From: Candidatus Micrarchaeota archaeon
Lineage (GTDB): Archaea; Micrarchaeota; Micrarchaeia; Micrarchaeales; CABMGC01
Assembly (NCBI GenBank): GCA_021817325.1
Contig: JAKAVK010000022.1
Coordinates: forward strand, 65,077-129,076
Length of the DNA stretch: 64,000 nucleotides
Direction of reading: 5' to 3'
The notes below the pieces were generated by a model. The model saw nothing but the letters and a program-made list of their open reading frames with translations. It did no database searches and was not told the origin of the DNA. Positions 52,872-61,572 of the stretch are shown here, piece by piece. Every line of letters starts with the position of its first letter. Position 1 is the first letter of the stretch. Position numbers and translations under genes: made by a program.

Positions 52872-55800
52872 ATGCGTATGAAAACTAGAAGCTTCTTCCT
52901 CGCTGCTTTAATCCCGTCATTACTGATGCTGTTCTCGTCCCTGCCGCTGCACTATATCCAAAACCCAGCCTCAATTCCGCACGCGAATTCAACAATACTC
53001 AACCGCACCAGAGCTGAGGCTGCATACGGGAACGTGCTCACGAGCTCTGCGCGCAGCGGAGGCCTTGCCAATAGTACGCAGTACGGGGTAAGCCGGATAT
53101 TCCCAAACTCCACATACAAAGCAACCAAGTTCATTGCCGCCGCAGCCCTTGCGAGAAACTCAAGCGCGGGAGAATGGCAGGCAAGCCAGCTGGAGAACAC
53201 ATCGACCCCGTGCGGTCTGCGGTCATCGTATTATACTGGCACTTGGGCAACAAATAGCCTTTCAGGGGCAGGTCCTGAGGCCCTTGTCACTGCAGGTGCC
53301 AAAACAAACGCAACGCAGATATTTCACTGCCCTCTCATGCTAGTGAGAACAGGCCTGCAGAACGGCGCATCTGGGAATCTAGCCACATACAATTGGGGTG
53401 GATACGTGGTTGCAACCAATTTCAGCAACCCACAGCCCAACATCACAGCAATAAACGGATCTTGGGTGGTTCAGACTGCAGCGCCCAGCAACAGCCCCGT
53501 GTACTCATCGCAATGGATTGGGATCGGGGGGTTCTTCGATTACGGCAACTTCTCAGATTATACTCTGATACAGGATGGAACCAGTTCGGAATACGACACC
53601 TCAACTTCAGGGAAACCCTCCTACTACGCATGGTATGAACTGCTGCCACAGGGCTCAGTCGAACTGTCGACAACAAGTTACCCGGTAGCGCCTAACGATA
53701 TAATAAACACCAGCATACACCTCATAAGTGGCAACACGTGGAACATAACGATCAGGGATCACAACAAGACCAAGAATTGGACCTATTCAAAAGTGGTGGT
53801 ATACAATTCGTCAAAGTTGTCTGCAGAGATGATAGATGAGAGACCGGAGATATGCTACTTTTTCTGCTCCCTGACCAATCTCTCTGATTTCGGCATCGCC
53901 CGATTTGGCAATGATTACAGCAAGGTGGGTAATACAATATACGTGGCAATGAACGGCATCTCCAAGCCGATCGGCGCTTTCAATTATAAAAAAGTGTCAA
54001 TGCTGACAAGCTCCGGCACGCAGTACTTCGCCACACCACTAAACATGAGCAGCGACAACACAAGCTTCGAGATGATGTTTGGGCCCATAATAGCCCCATC
54101 GCCAGCGGCGTCAGACAGCGGCGTACGTTACATCAACCTGACCGCCACCGCCGGAGGCGGTCCGTATTCCTACCGCTGGTATGTAAACGGGAATGGGGTG
54201 GGGGCGAACTCCGACGTACTGAGGTTCAACTGGAACGCATCGACAAACGCGTCCACAAACTACGTATATGTTGACGTGCTGAACTATACTACCAACGCCC
54301 TGGTAGCAAGGTCCCTTAATGACACCGTGATGCAGAACAGTCCCATGGCCACGCCAAATATAACCTCCAGCGCAAATGTCGTTGACGCAGGACAATTCTT
54401 CTTCATTAACGCCACAGACTCAGGAGGCACGCCGCCGTATCTCTACAACTTCACGATATACAGCACAAGCAGCACACAACCGTTCTTAAACGGCGCGTTC
54501 TACGGATACAATACAATATCAGTATATGCCATAATATACCCTCCTGGCAATTATTTTGCCAACGTGGTAGTATCCGATTCAGCCTCGCCTGCCGCGGTAA
54601 GGAGCTCTCAGGATACAAATATCATACATATAAACCGGCAGCCAACACTTTATGTGAGTGCGCTCAATATGCAAACCCAGTACCTCTCCTATATCGATGA
54701 AGGGGAAGTAAACACAATAAACTACACTGCAACGGTGCGCGGTGGCACGGGTCCGTATACGATAAATTTCTTGAACGGCGGCTTTAACGTATTGCAGAGC
54801 AATAGCCTGCTGCCCATTGGCGGAGAAGCCAACTACGATCTGAACGTTAACTCCATTGGCACATACTCCCTTATCAGCGAGGCCACAGACACCGGAACAA
54901 CCTCACCTTACTACCTATACTCATACAATTACACGATAGTTAACCCTGCGCTTGCAAAACCCACGATAATGGTCATGGCGAGCAATACTGGTGAATACTC
55001 GTCCTCGCATATAAATGCGAGCAAATTGGATTACGGCCAGTATATATACGTAAACTCCACTGAAACCGGCGGCACATCCCCCTATACGTACAACTTCATC
55101 GTATCAAATGCTGTGACTAATTCTGTTGTTAACAGTATCCTTGCGAGTTCATCTGCCTACGTGCAAAACAGTAGTACAAGCCAGGCTTTTGTCAAACTTT
55201 CGCCTGGCACATACCGTGCAAACGTGGTGGTAACGGACAGTTCAGACCTTCCTGAAAACAGCGTATCGGCCAGCTCTAATGAGTTCACAATCTTCAACGC
55301 ACCTTCAATATCCTTAATCCCAAACAGCCTCACGCTCCAAAACGGACAGAATGAGACATACACAATCACTGTGTATAACGGGGTAGGTCCGTTTATTGTT
55401 GGGTTATATAATGTGGGCAATGGCCTCCAACTTGGCAGCAACATGATAATTGCCTCGGGAGGCACAAATACGATCTCGTTCAATGTCTCTTCCAAATACG
55501 GCAGCATACTGACTTATAACGCGGTTGCGACAGATACGGGCACCTCAGTTCCATTTACATTCAATTCCGTGCAGAGTGAAATAGCAATAAACCCTCTTTA
55601 TAGGGTTCCGTCATTCCAGGTCTCACCGCATTCGCCTCTTGGGAACTGGATATCGTTCGCCGTCCAGAACACAGTCTCGATGACCGTGCCGGTCAATGCG
55701 CTTAATCTCTCCACAAGCGGAGTGGAAACCCTGTTCTCCATAGCACCCACCATACCGCTGGGGGATTTGGCATCTGAGTCATTCACTATAACAACATCGC

Positions 55801-58800
55801 AGCAGAGCAACATAATAGGCTTCAACGGCGTATCTGGGACCGCCGCCCAGAGCCCGGTAGCCGTATTGCTAGTGCAAGTCGGATCTTCTACCGCCAATGG
55901 GATCATAGTGCAGCTGACGTCCTCCAACACGCTCTTCAGCTATTCGGGAAACGTATATACGGGCACTCCGCAGACAGGATGGGAGGCATCATGGTACGAA
56001 GGCAATGCGAGCATCGATGGCGGTGTTGTCCAAGGTCTGCAGCAATGGGCAGATATATTCAACGCAAACTACATGGCCGCTAATGTGATCGCAGCCGGTA
56101 TAGAGTACGGTTTCAACAATAATGCGTCTTCTGGTACGATCTATCTGGGAAACGTGGTGATAAATGACAGGTCATATGTCCCAATACCTCCTTCATCAAG
56201 GAACGAGGTGCCCATAATCACATCAAACGGGCTGTCGCCCGGCGGATGGGCGGAACTCAACAACAGTCTCGGCTGGAACGGCGTGCAACTTACGCTGCTG
56301 CCAACCAACTACACATCAAGCGGCAACTTTACATTCTATGCACTCATAGGCTCGGTGCTTAACGGCGCAATCCTGCGGAACACCCCTGCAGCGACTAAGT
56401 CGCTGCAGACCTACGCGACAGGGTACGCGTTCCCCGAAACCAACTCCATTTCAGCATCAGTCAATGCATCTCCATACTCTGCAGCAGGCTCCGTTCCAAT
56501 GTCTACTTCGATCGTATCCGGTCTGGATGGCGGAGGGGTATCATTCGCAAGTTTCTCGAATGGCAGCAGTGACAATCTGCTCAGGCTGACGCACACCCAG
56601 TTGCCCGGGCTTACGAGCAGCTACGGCAGTTCTGGGGAGTCAGAAAGCCTCTGGCTTACTGGTTTCCCTGTATTCGACCAGGCGTCAGGCGTAAACAACT
56701 TCTCCGTAGCAGATGCCGGAGGCGCGTACGAAGCAACGTTCAACACTCCTATACAGGAGTACTCAAGCGCAGGCAGCAGGAACCTGGACATGCTGATAAA
56801 GATGCTCGGCCAGAATGTAGCGGTCCTTAGCGAAAACGCGCCTACGGCAAACATAGTGCCAACCAGCGTCACATATGGAGGGGGGATAACGCTTGCGGAC
56901 CAGCTCCTGCCCATGGCAACAGTATACCTGGACCATAACGTGACCAACTCCTCTGTAGACGGGTTCAACGTCGAATTGACCGGCATCGGTACGCCTGTCA
57001 ATGGCCTGTCGAATGCCTCGATAGAGGTCTTCTATAAAGGTACGCTTACAAACACCACCCAGATGCAGCCTTATACGATACGCAAGTTCGATGTGTCGGG
57101 CAATGCGGTCTTTGTGAGGATCAACCAGACCCTTGCATCCCCGGCGTGGGCCCAAATACAGCTATTTAGCAACCTCTTCAACCTGACCAATGGCAAGTCA
57201 TTCAACCAGACGAGGGACCCGGGCTGGAATGTCAACCTAATGTGGACCAACACCTCCTCATCCGGCGGCACATCCCATGCGCTTGCGGGCCTAGTCGTAT
57301 GGAATGAATCACCCACATCGCTGCTACCGGGGCAGAGTTTCAACTTTATCGGAGACACTCCAGGCTGGAAGGTCAAGCTGGAGAGCAACGACCTAATAGA
57401 TCAGTTGTCAGGGCCCTACTCCAACATGAGTTTTTCTACATACAACATATCAGGGTTCCTAGAGTTCTTCTACCCGTACCAGAATCCTGCTCAGAAGGGC
57501 CTCGCCTACGCAGTCGCAAACGTGTATAACTATAATGCATTGGGCTTTGCCGCTACTGGATCAAACGAGCTGCTCAATACTACCGCAATAGTTGAGCCGC
57601 AGAATCTGCTGGACGTGATCAGCGACTACAACTTCAACGTAACCCCTGTGGAATCCGGTCGCACAATCTACCCAACCCCTCCAAACTACGTGCTTTACAA
57701 CCTCGATACATATGAGCTGTCCACATACAATGCGCTTAGCCAGAGCGCTGCCATAAACCTGAGTGCTGACATAAATGCCGGGGTCGTAATCCGCCTGCTA
57801 AACAATGGGCTCAGTGCCAATTATCTGTCAAGTACCGGGGGCAACATTACAATAGACGCGGCATCCAGCCAAGCGGTTGCCGTAGTCGCCTTCAATGCCT
57901 TCAATACGAACGCGACTGAGAGGTATGTAGTTCTCCAGAATGTTTCAGAGATTCTACTTGGCAATGATTTCTTACCGCCGGGCGACAACGCACCTCCATA
58001 TCCGGGCATCACCGTTGAAGTCTACGACACTTCAAACGTTCTTTCACCGGCAGGTAACAGCATACTCCTTGGCAAGCTTACATATGCCGGCCCATATCTG
58101 ATGTACTATGCCACAAACAAAACGTCAGACAGGCTATATCCGTACTTCAGCACAGAGAACGCCATGTCAGCAAACGTGGTATATAATCCAAGCTATCCTG
58201 ACAACGGCATACTCGCCCTCTCCAGGCCAACTACCTCAAATACTGCAAGGTCTGCGTATTATACCCTGACCCTGTCACAGCCAGTGCTGCCGGGCACAAA
58301 CCTACCTGGGGCAAACATAATACTACAGCTTACAAATTCATCCCATCCTATCGATGCCCTAAATCCATACCTGCTCAACTACAGCTCCGGATTTGCGTCC
58401 CCGTTCGCCTATCAGAGCTCGCAATCAACAACTCTTGCAGCCGCAAGCCGGTTTAGGACCGAGAGCGGCACAATCGTAGGCACAACAGATGGCATAAAGT
58501 TCTTCGGCAATGAGAGTACTTCAAATTCATTTAACGCCACAGCATCATATCTGGACGTGCTCCCATACCTGGACGAGCTCTCGATCGGCGTGTCACCGAG
58601 CAACGCCACAACTCCTGCGACGGTGATAGGCACTGATGTGCTATTCAATGCGAGTGCGGTTGGCTCCCTGAGCAACGTGAGTTCGATGTCTTATGCCTTC
58701 TATTCCAACAGCACCGAAGAACTGGGCGGTATCTCGGGTGACGTTTCAACCACTCTGTTTCCGATTCTGATAATCAACATAGGTGCCGCGCACCCGGTCA

Positions 58801-60245
58801 TACTGCGGCCGCTCAGCACCGATCTTTACAGTGCAGGCAACGGGATGTTTATTGGTACGCCAGCGGAAGACTCATGGATAGTCACCCTTTATGACAACGG
58901 AAGAATAACTGCGCCGTTGCAAAGCATCAACTCCACGCCGCACTCGCTCTATTACTGGAGCCATATGCTCCAGTCATTAGGCTACGATCCGACTGTCAGT
59001 GCAATAGGGGTCGGGGAAGGGTTCTCATACCTAAAGAACGAATCAACAATCGTCGTGAAAAACGTCACCCTAAACAATGTGACCTATGGGATAGCATACA
59101 ACTCCATAACTCAATCCTCCGCAGTGTCACTGCTGAATGCATCGTCGACCAAGAGCTCACAGGTGAACTTGTCTGGCGATGGAACAATGCTGCGTTTCTC
59201 CACCAATGTAAGTAACACCATACCAATCCGGGTTGCCGTATACAACTTAACATCAGCAAGCCTGCCGCCGATCGCAGGACTGACAAGGCTTGTTGCGTTG
59301 AACTTCTATACAACCTCGCCATACAACAAGAGCCTCAACATCACCATATCCGCTACTGTAAGGTATCCATGCAGCGCACCTGCCGGCGAGATAGCCCCAT
59401 ACGTACTGACCAACGGCTCATGGACCAAGGTGTCTGCCTACAACGTCTCATCGTCTGCCTGCACAGTAGAATTTAGCATACCTGCGGACCCGGTCATCGG
59501 CATATTCCAGTCGGCCCAAAGCAGCGGCGGAAGCGCAGGCGGCGGAAGCGGAGGCGGCGGAAGTGGAGGCGGCGGAGGAGGAGTTGGCGGCGGAGGCGGC
59601 GGCCAGTTCCTACCTACTGTAGTCAAGTTCAACACATCAAACGAGACTGGTTACAAGATATACAATTTCACTCAGGATAATCAGGAGAAGGTCGGGATAA
59701 ACGGAACGATCTTCACCATAGTGGAGAACTTCATCTCCCCGGATCAGGCAGGCATCTCGGTAAACGGGGATTCCTACACGCTCTCCGATGGCGAGATTGT
59801 ATCATTGACCGGGCATCCAGGCTACCACCTTGGCCTCCTGAACATCTCATACCTGCCTATAATAAACCTAGTAAATATAGAGATATATGAATCCATATCC
59901 AGCCCACCTAAAGCCAATAACACTGTGGTGGCAAATACAATAAAACCAGTGAACACTGTCCCGACCAACAGCATCAACACCACTAAGCATTCTTATAACA
60001 ATACCGCTGCAAATGCCACCGCAACAGTAGCAAAGCATCAAAACCCGTATCCAATACTGCCATACGCGCTGGCAGCAGCTGTCATCGTAGTTGTTGCGGT
60101 TACGTATCTTATATACCGTAATAGAAAACAAAGAGCCCCACCAGAGGAGCCAGAGCCGCCAGTAGCCCCTCCACCTGCGGGCCACCAGCCGCCGCCTGAC
60201 ATTCAAGGCGCAGTCCAGCAGCCTGTGCATCCACCAGCGCAATAG
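52872..60245 (+). CDS. Giant (2457 aa) membrane-anchored surface glycoprotein. It has an N-terminal glutamic peptidase (G1/eqolisin) domain and PKD-like repeats.
   Basis: Single uninterrupted ORF. The architecture in order: signal/TM (FFLAALIPSLLMLFSSLP), G1 peptidase motifs (see the next feature), five GG(T/G)xPY-type repeats, a long N/S/T-rich region, a Gly/Ser linker, a C-terminal TM helix and a Pro-rich tail. Sequon density is very high. Confidence 0.9.
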   Translation: MRMKTRSFFLAALIPSLLMLFSSLPLHYIQNPASIPHANSTILNRTRAEAAYGNVLTSSARSGGLANSTQYGVSRIFPNSTYKATKFIAAAALARNSSAGEWQASQLENTSTPCGLRSSYYTGTWATNSLSGAGPEALVTAGAKTNATQIFHCPLMLVRTGLQNGASGNLATYNWGGYVVATNFSNPQPNITAINGSWVVQTAAPSNSPVYSSQWIGIGGFFDYGNFSDYTLIQDGTSSEYDTSTSGKPSYYAWYELLPQGSVELSTTSYPVAPNDIINTSIHLISGNTWNITIRDHNKTKNWTYSKVVVYNSSKLSAEMIDERPEICYFFCSLTNLSDFGIARFGNDYSKVGNTIYVAMNGISKPIGAFNYKKVSMLTSSGTQYFATPLNMSSDNTSFEMMFGPIIAPSPAASDSGVRYINLTATAGGGPYSYRWYVNGNGVGANSDVLRFNWNASTNASTNYVYVDVLNYTTNALVARSLNDTVMQNSPMATPNITSSANVVDAGQFFFINATDSGGTPPYLYNFTIYSTSSTQPFLNGAFYGYNTISVYAIIYPPGNYFANVVVSDSASPAAVRSSQDTNIIHINRQPTLYVSALNMQTQYLSYIDEGEVNTINYTATVRGGTGPYTINFLNGGFNVLQSNSLLPIGGEANYDLNVNSIGTYSLISEATDTGTTSPYYLYSYNYTIVNPALAKPTIMVMASNTGEYSSSHINASKLDYGQYIYVNSTETGGTSPYTYNFIVSNAVTNSVVNSILASSSAYVQNSSTSQAFVKLSPGTYRANVVVTDSSDLPENSVSASSNEFTIFNAPSISLIPNSLTLQNGQNETYTITVYNGVGPFIVGLYNVGNGLQLGSNMIIASGGTNTISFNVSSKYGSILTYNAVATDTGTSVPFTFNSVQSEIAINPLYRVPSFQVSPHSPLGNWISFAVQNTVSMTVPVNALNLSTSGVETLFSIAPTIPLGDLASESFTITTSQQSNIIGFNGVSGTAAQSPVAVLLVQVGSSTANGIIVQLTSSNTLFSYSGNVYTGTPQTGWEASWYEGNASIDGGVVQGLQQWADIFNANYMAANVIAAGIEYGFNNNASSGTIYLGNVVINDRSYVPIPPSSRNEVPIITSNGLSPGGWAELNNSLGWNGVQLTLLPTNYTSSGNFTFYALIGSVLNGAILRNTPAATKSLQTYATGYAFPETNSISASVNASPYSAAGSVPMSTSIVSGLDGGGVSFASFSNGSSDNLLRLTHTQLPGLTSSYGSSGESESLWLTGFPVFDQASGVNNFSVADAGGAYEATFNTPIQEYSSAGSRNLDMLIKMLGQNVAVLSENAPTANIVPTSVTYGGGITLADQLLPMATVYLDHNVTNSSVDGFNVELTGIGTPVNGLSNASIEVFYKGTLTNTTQMQPYTIRKFDVSGNAVFVRINQTLASPAWAQIQLFSNLFNLTNGKSFNQTRDPGWNVNLMWTNTSSSGGTSHALAGLVVWNESPTSLLPGQSFNFIGDTPGWKVKLESNDLIDQLSGPYSNMSFSTYNISGFLEFFYPYQNPAQKGLAYAVANVYNYNALGFAATGSNELLNTTAIVEPQNLLDVISDYNFNVTPVESGRTIYPTPPNYVLYNLDTYELSTYNALSQSAAINLSADINAGVVIRLLNNGLSANYLSSTGGNITIDAASSQAVAVVAFNAFNTNATERYVVLQNVSEILLGNDFLPPGDNAPPYPGITVEVYDTSNVLSPAGNSILLGKLTYAGPYLMYYATNKTSDRLYPYFSTENAMSANVVYNPSYPDNGILALSRPTTSNTARSAYYTLTLSQPVLPGTNLPGANIILQLTNSSHPIDALNPYLLNYSSGFASPFAYQSSQSTTLAAASRFRTESGTIVGTTDGIKFFGNESTSNSFNATASYLDVLPYLDELSIGVSPSNATTPATVIGTDVLFNASAVGSLSNVSSMSYAFYSNSTEELGGISGDVSTTLFPILIINIGAAHPVILRPLSTDLYSAGNGMFIGTPAEDSWIVTLYDNGRITAPLQSINSTPHSLYYWSHMLQSLGYDPTVSAIGVGEGFSYLKNESTIVVKNVTLNNVTYGIAYNSITQSSAVSLLNASSTKSSQVNLSGDGTMLRFSTNVSNTIPIRVAVYNLTSASLPPIAGLTRLVALNFYTTSPYNKSLNITISATVRYPCSAPAGEIAPYVLTNGSWTKVSAYNVSSSACTVEFSIPADPVIGIFQSAQSSGGSAGGGSGGGGSGGGGGGVGGGGGGQFLPTVVKFNTSNETGYKIYNFTQDNQEKVGINGTIFTIVENFISPDQAGISVNGDSYTLSDGEIVSLTGHPGYHLGLLNISYLPIINLVNIEIYESISSPPKANNTVVANTIKPVNTVPTNSINTTKHSYNNTAANATATVAKHQNPYPILPYALAAAVIVVVAVTYLIYRNRKQRAPPEEPEPPVAPPPAGHQPPPDIQGAVQQPVHPPAQ
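53391..54080 (+). other. Glutamic peptidase (MEROPS G1 / Pfam Peptidase_A4-like) domain of the giant protein, residues about 174-403
   Basis: It aligns by eye to scytalidoglutamic peptidase. NWGGYVV matches SNWGGA. QWIGIGG...TLIQDG...YYAWYELLPQ matches AWVGIDG...AILQTG...YDAWYEWYPE. SAEMIDERPE matches NAEFIIEDFE. The catalytic Gln (Q234, codon 53571..53573) and Glu (E319) are both present. Confidence 0.75.
59520..59603 (+). repeat. GGC/GGA-rich low-complexity tract encoding a 28-residue Gly/Ser linker
   Basis: It encodes SSGGSAGGGSGGGGSGGGGGGVGGGGGG, with near-tandem GGCGGCGGAAG(C/T)GGA units. Confidence 0.8.
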
Positions 60246-60290
60246 GGCGCCAACACACCCTTTTATACCTTTCAGATATCAATAAGTGCT

Positions 60291-60788
60291 ATGGCGCAAG
60301 GTGCAAAGGGAAAGAAACGGCCAGGAAGGCAGAGCATCCAGGGTCAGCAAGGAAGGCAAGGGCAGGAAGGGCCACAAGCCCCAGCATATCAGAAGAAGCC
60401 GACAGCCGCAGTGTTGCTGTTTATCATAGGCGGCATAGTGATATTCATAGTCGCTGCACTCTACTTGTACAGTGCATCGGTGGTCTCATCACTCAATACC
60501 ACTGCGATCTCAAGGTATGCGGGCAACGCTTCGATAAATGCCACGACCCTCAGCGTGATCCGCAGTTCCATATCCTCCCTCGAGCTACTGGCGTTCATCA
60601 GCTTGGTCTCTGGGCTGGTCCTTGCAGCCTGCGGCATACTTTTGTACCTGAACCCTGCAAGATCAAGAATGCTTGGCATAGTCGGTGTGGTCTTCTCCCT
60701 GCTCAGCCTGACGACTCTCGGCGGTCTGGTTGTCGGTTTCATACTGGCAATAATAGGCAGCATACTGGCCCTACGCTACAGCCCCTAG
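60291..60788 (+). CDS. Hypothetical membrane protein with a basic Gln/Gly-rich N-terminus
   Basis: N-terminal GKKRPGRQSIQGQQGRQGQEGPQ, then 3-4 hydrophobic helices. It starts 45 nt downstream of the giant gene. Confidence 0.5.
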   Translation: MAQGAKGKKRPGRQSIQGQQGRQGQEGPQAPAYQKKPTAAVLLFIIGGIVIFIVAALYLYSASVVSSLNTTAISRYAGNASINATTLSVIRSSISSLELLAFISLVSGLVLAACGILLYLNPARSRMLGIVGVVFSLLSLTTLGGLVVGFILAIIGSILALRYSP

Positions 60789-61462
60789 ATTAGCAGGTAG
60801 ATCAGAAGGGCACCTATCAGGCATCCGGCCACTGCGCACAAGATATTCGAAGTATACTTGTTGCCTATGCCCCTCTCCTCATAGTATCCAAAAGCCGAGT
60901 CAACAAGATTGCCAAGGAAACCAGAGACGGCGATTATCCCTATGATCTCAACATACGCTCCATTTGACATTGCAAGAGCGAAGAGTGAGAAGACGCCCAG
61001 GACCACCGCACCTGAGAGACTGGCTGCAAGGCCAAGCCAGGTTACTGCTCCTGACCTGCCTTTCTTTACCTTCTTGAGGGTCAGCAGCATGGTGGGCGTG
61101 CCATCCAGGACCCCTATCTCGCTGGCAAACTTATCAGAGGTGATGGCCGCGACACCTGCTACGTACACAAGCAGGAGCAGCCAGCTGATCCCTGGGTGTG
61201 CTGTGATAACCGATACGCGGTAGAGCAGCGCAACAACCAGCGGCACAATCCCGTTAGCTGCAACGTTCTTCCAGCTCCTGCTGCTCTCATACAGCCCGAT
61301 CCTGCCCTTCTCCCTCCGTCCAGCCGCGGTGACAATGGCCGAGAGGCAGAGGAAGAGAAGCATTACTGTAAGGAAGTAAACCCCCCCAAGCAGCAGGATT
61401 AGTAGGCCCAGCAGCAGAGCGAGTACTATACCGGAGCGATCCAGCGTCAGAAAACCAGACAT
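60785..61462 (-). CDS. DUF92/TMEM19 family integral membrane protein
   Basis: SRSWKNVAANG, ITSDKFASEIGVL, GAVTWLGLAASLSGA and GNLVDSAFG match the DUF92 (TIGR00297) pattern. Confidence 0.65.
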   Translation of the reverse strand: MSGFLTLDRSGIVLALLLGLLILLLGGVYFLTVMLLFLCLSAIVTAAGRREKGRIGLYESSRSWKNVAANGIVPLVVALLYRVSVITAHPGISWLLLLVYVAGVAAITSDKFASEIGVLDGTPTMLLTLKKVKKGRSGAVTWLGLAASLSGAVVLGVFSLFALAMSNGAYVEIIGIIAVSGFLGNLVDSAFGYYEERGIGNKYTSNILCAVAGCLIGALLIYLLI

Positions 61463-61572
61463 ATGAATTCCATGTTTATGAAATATTCCACTAATAACAA
61501 AGGTTTAAAAGCTTAAACTCTTATAAATGATTACGAATTCTCTATTGTAGGAAGGGAAAAACTGGTCGCCTT

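Noticed and set aside
59520-59603. The GGC-rich repeat as a CRISPR-like or non-coding tandem repeat
   Set aside because: It is in frame inside the giant ORF and encodes a Gly/Ser linker. It has no spacer-repeat organisation.
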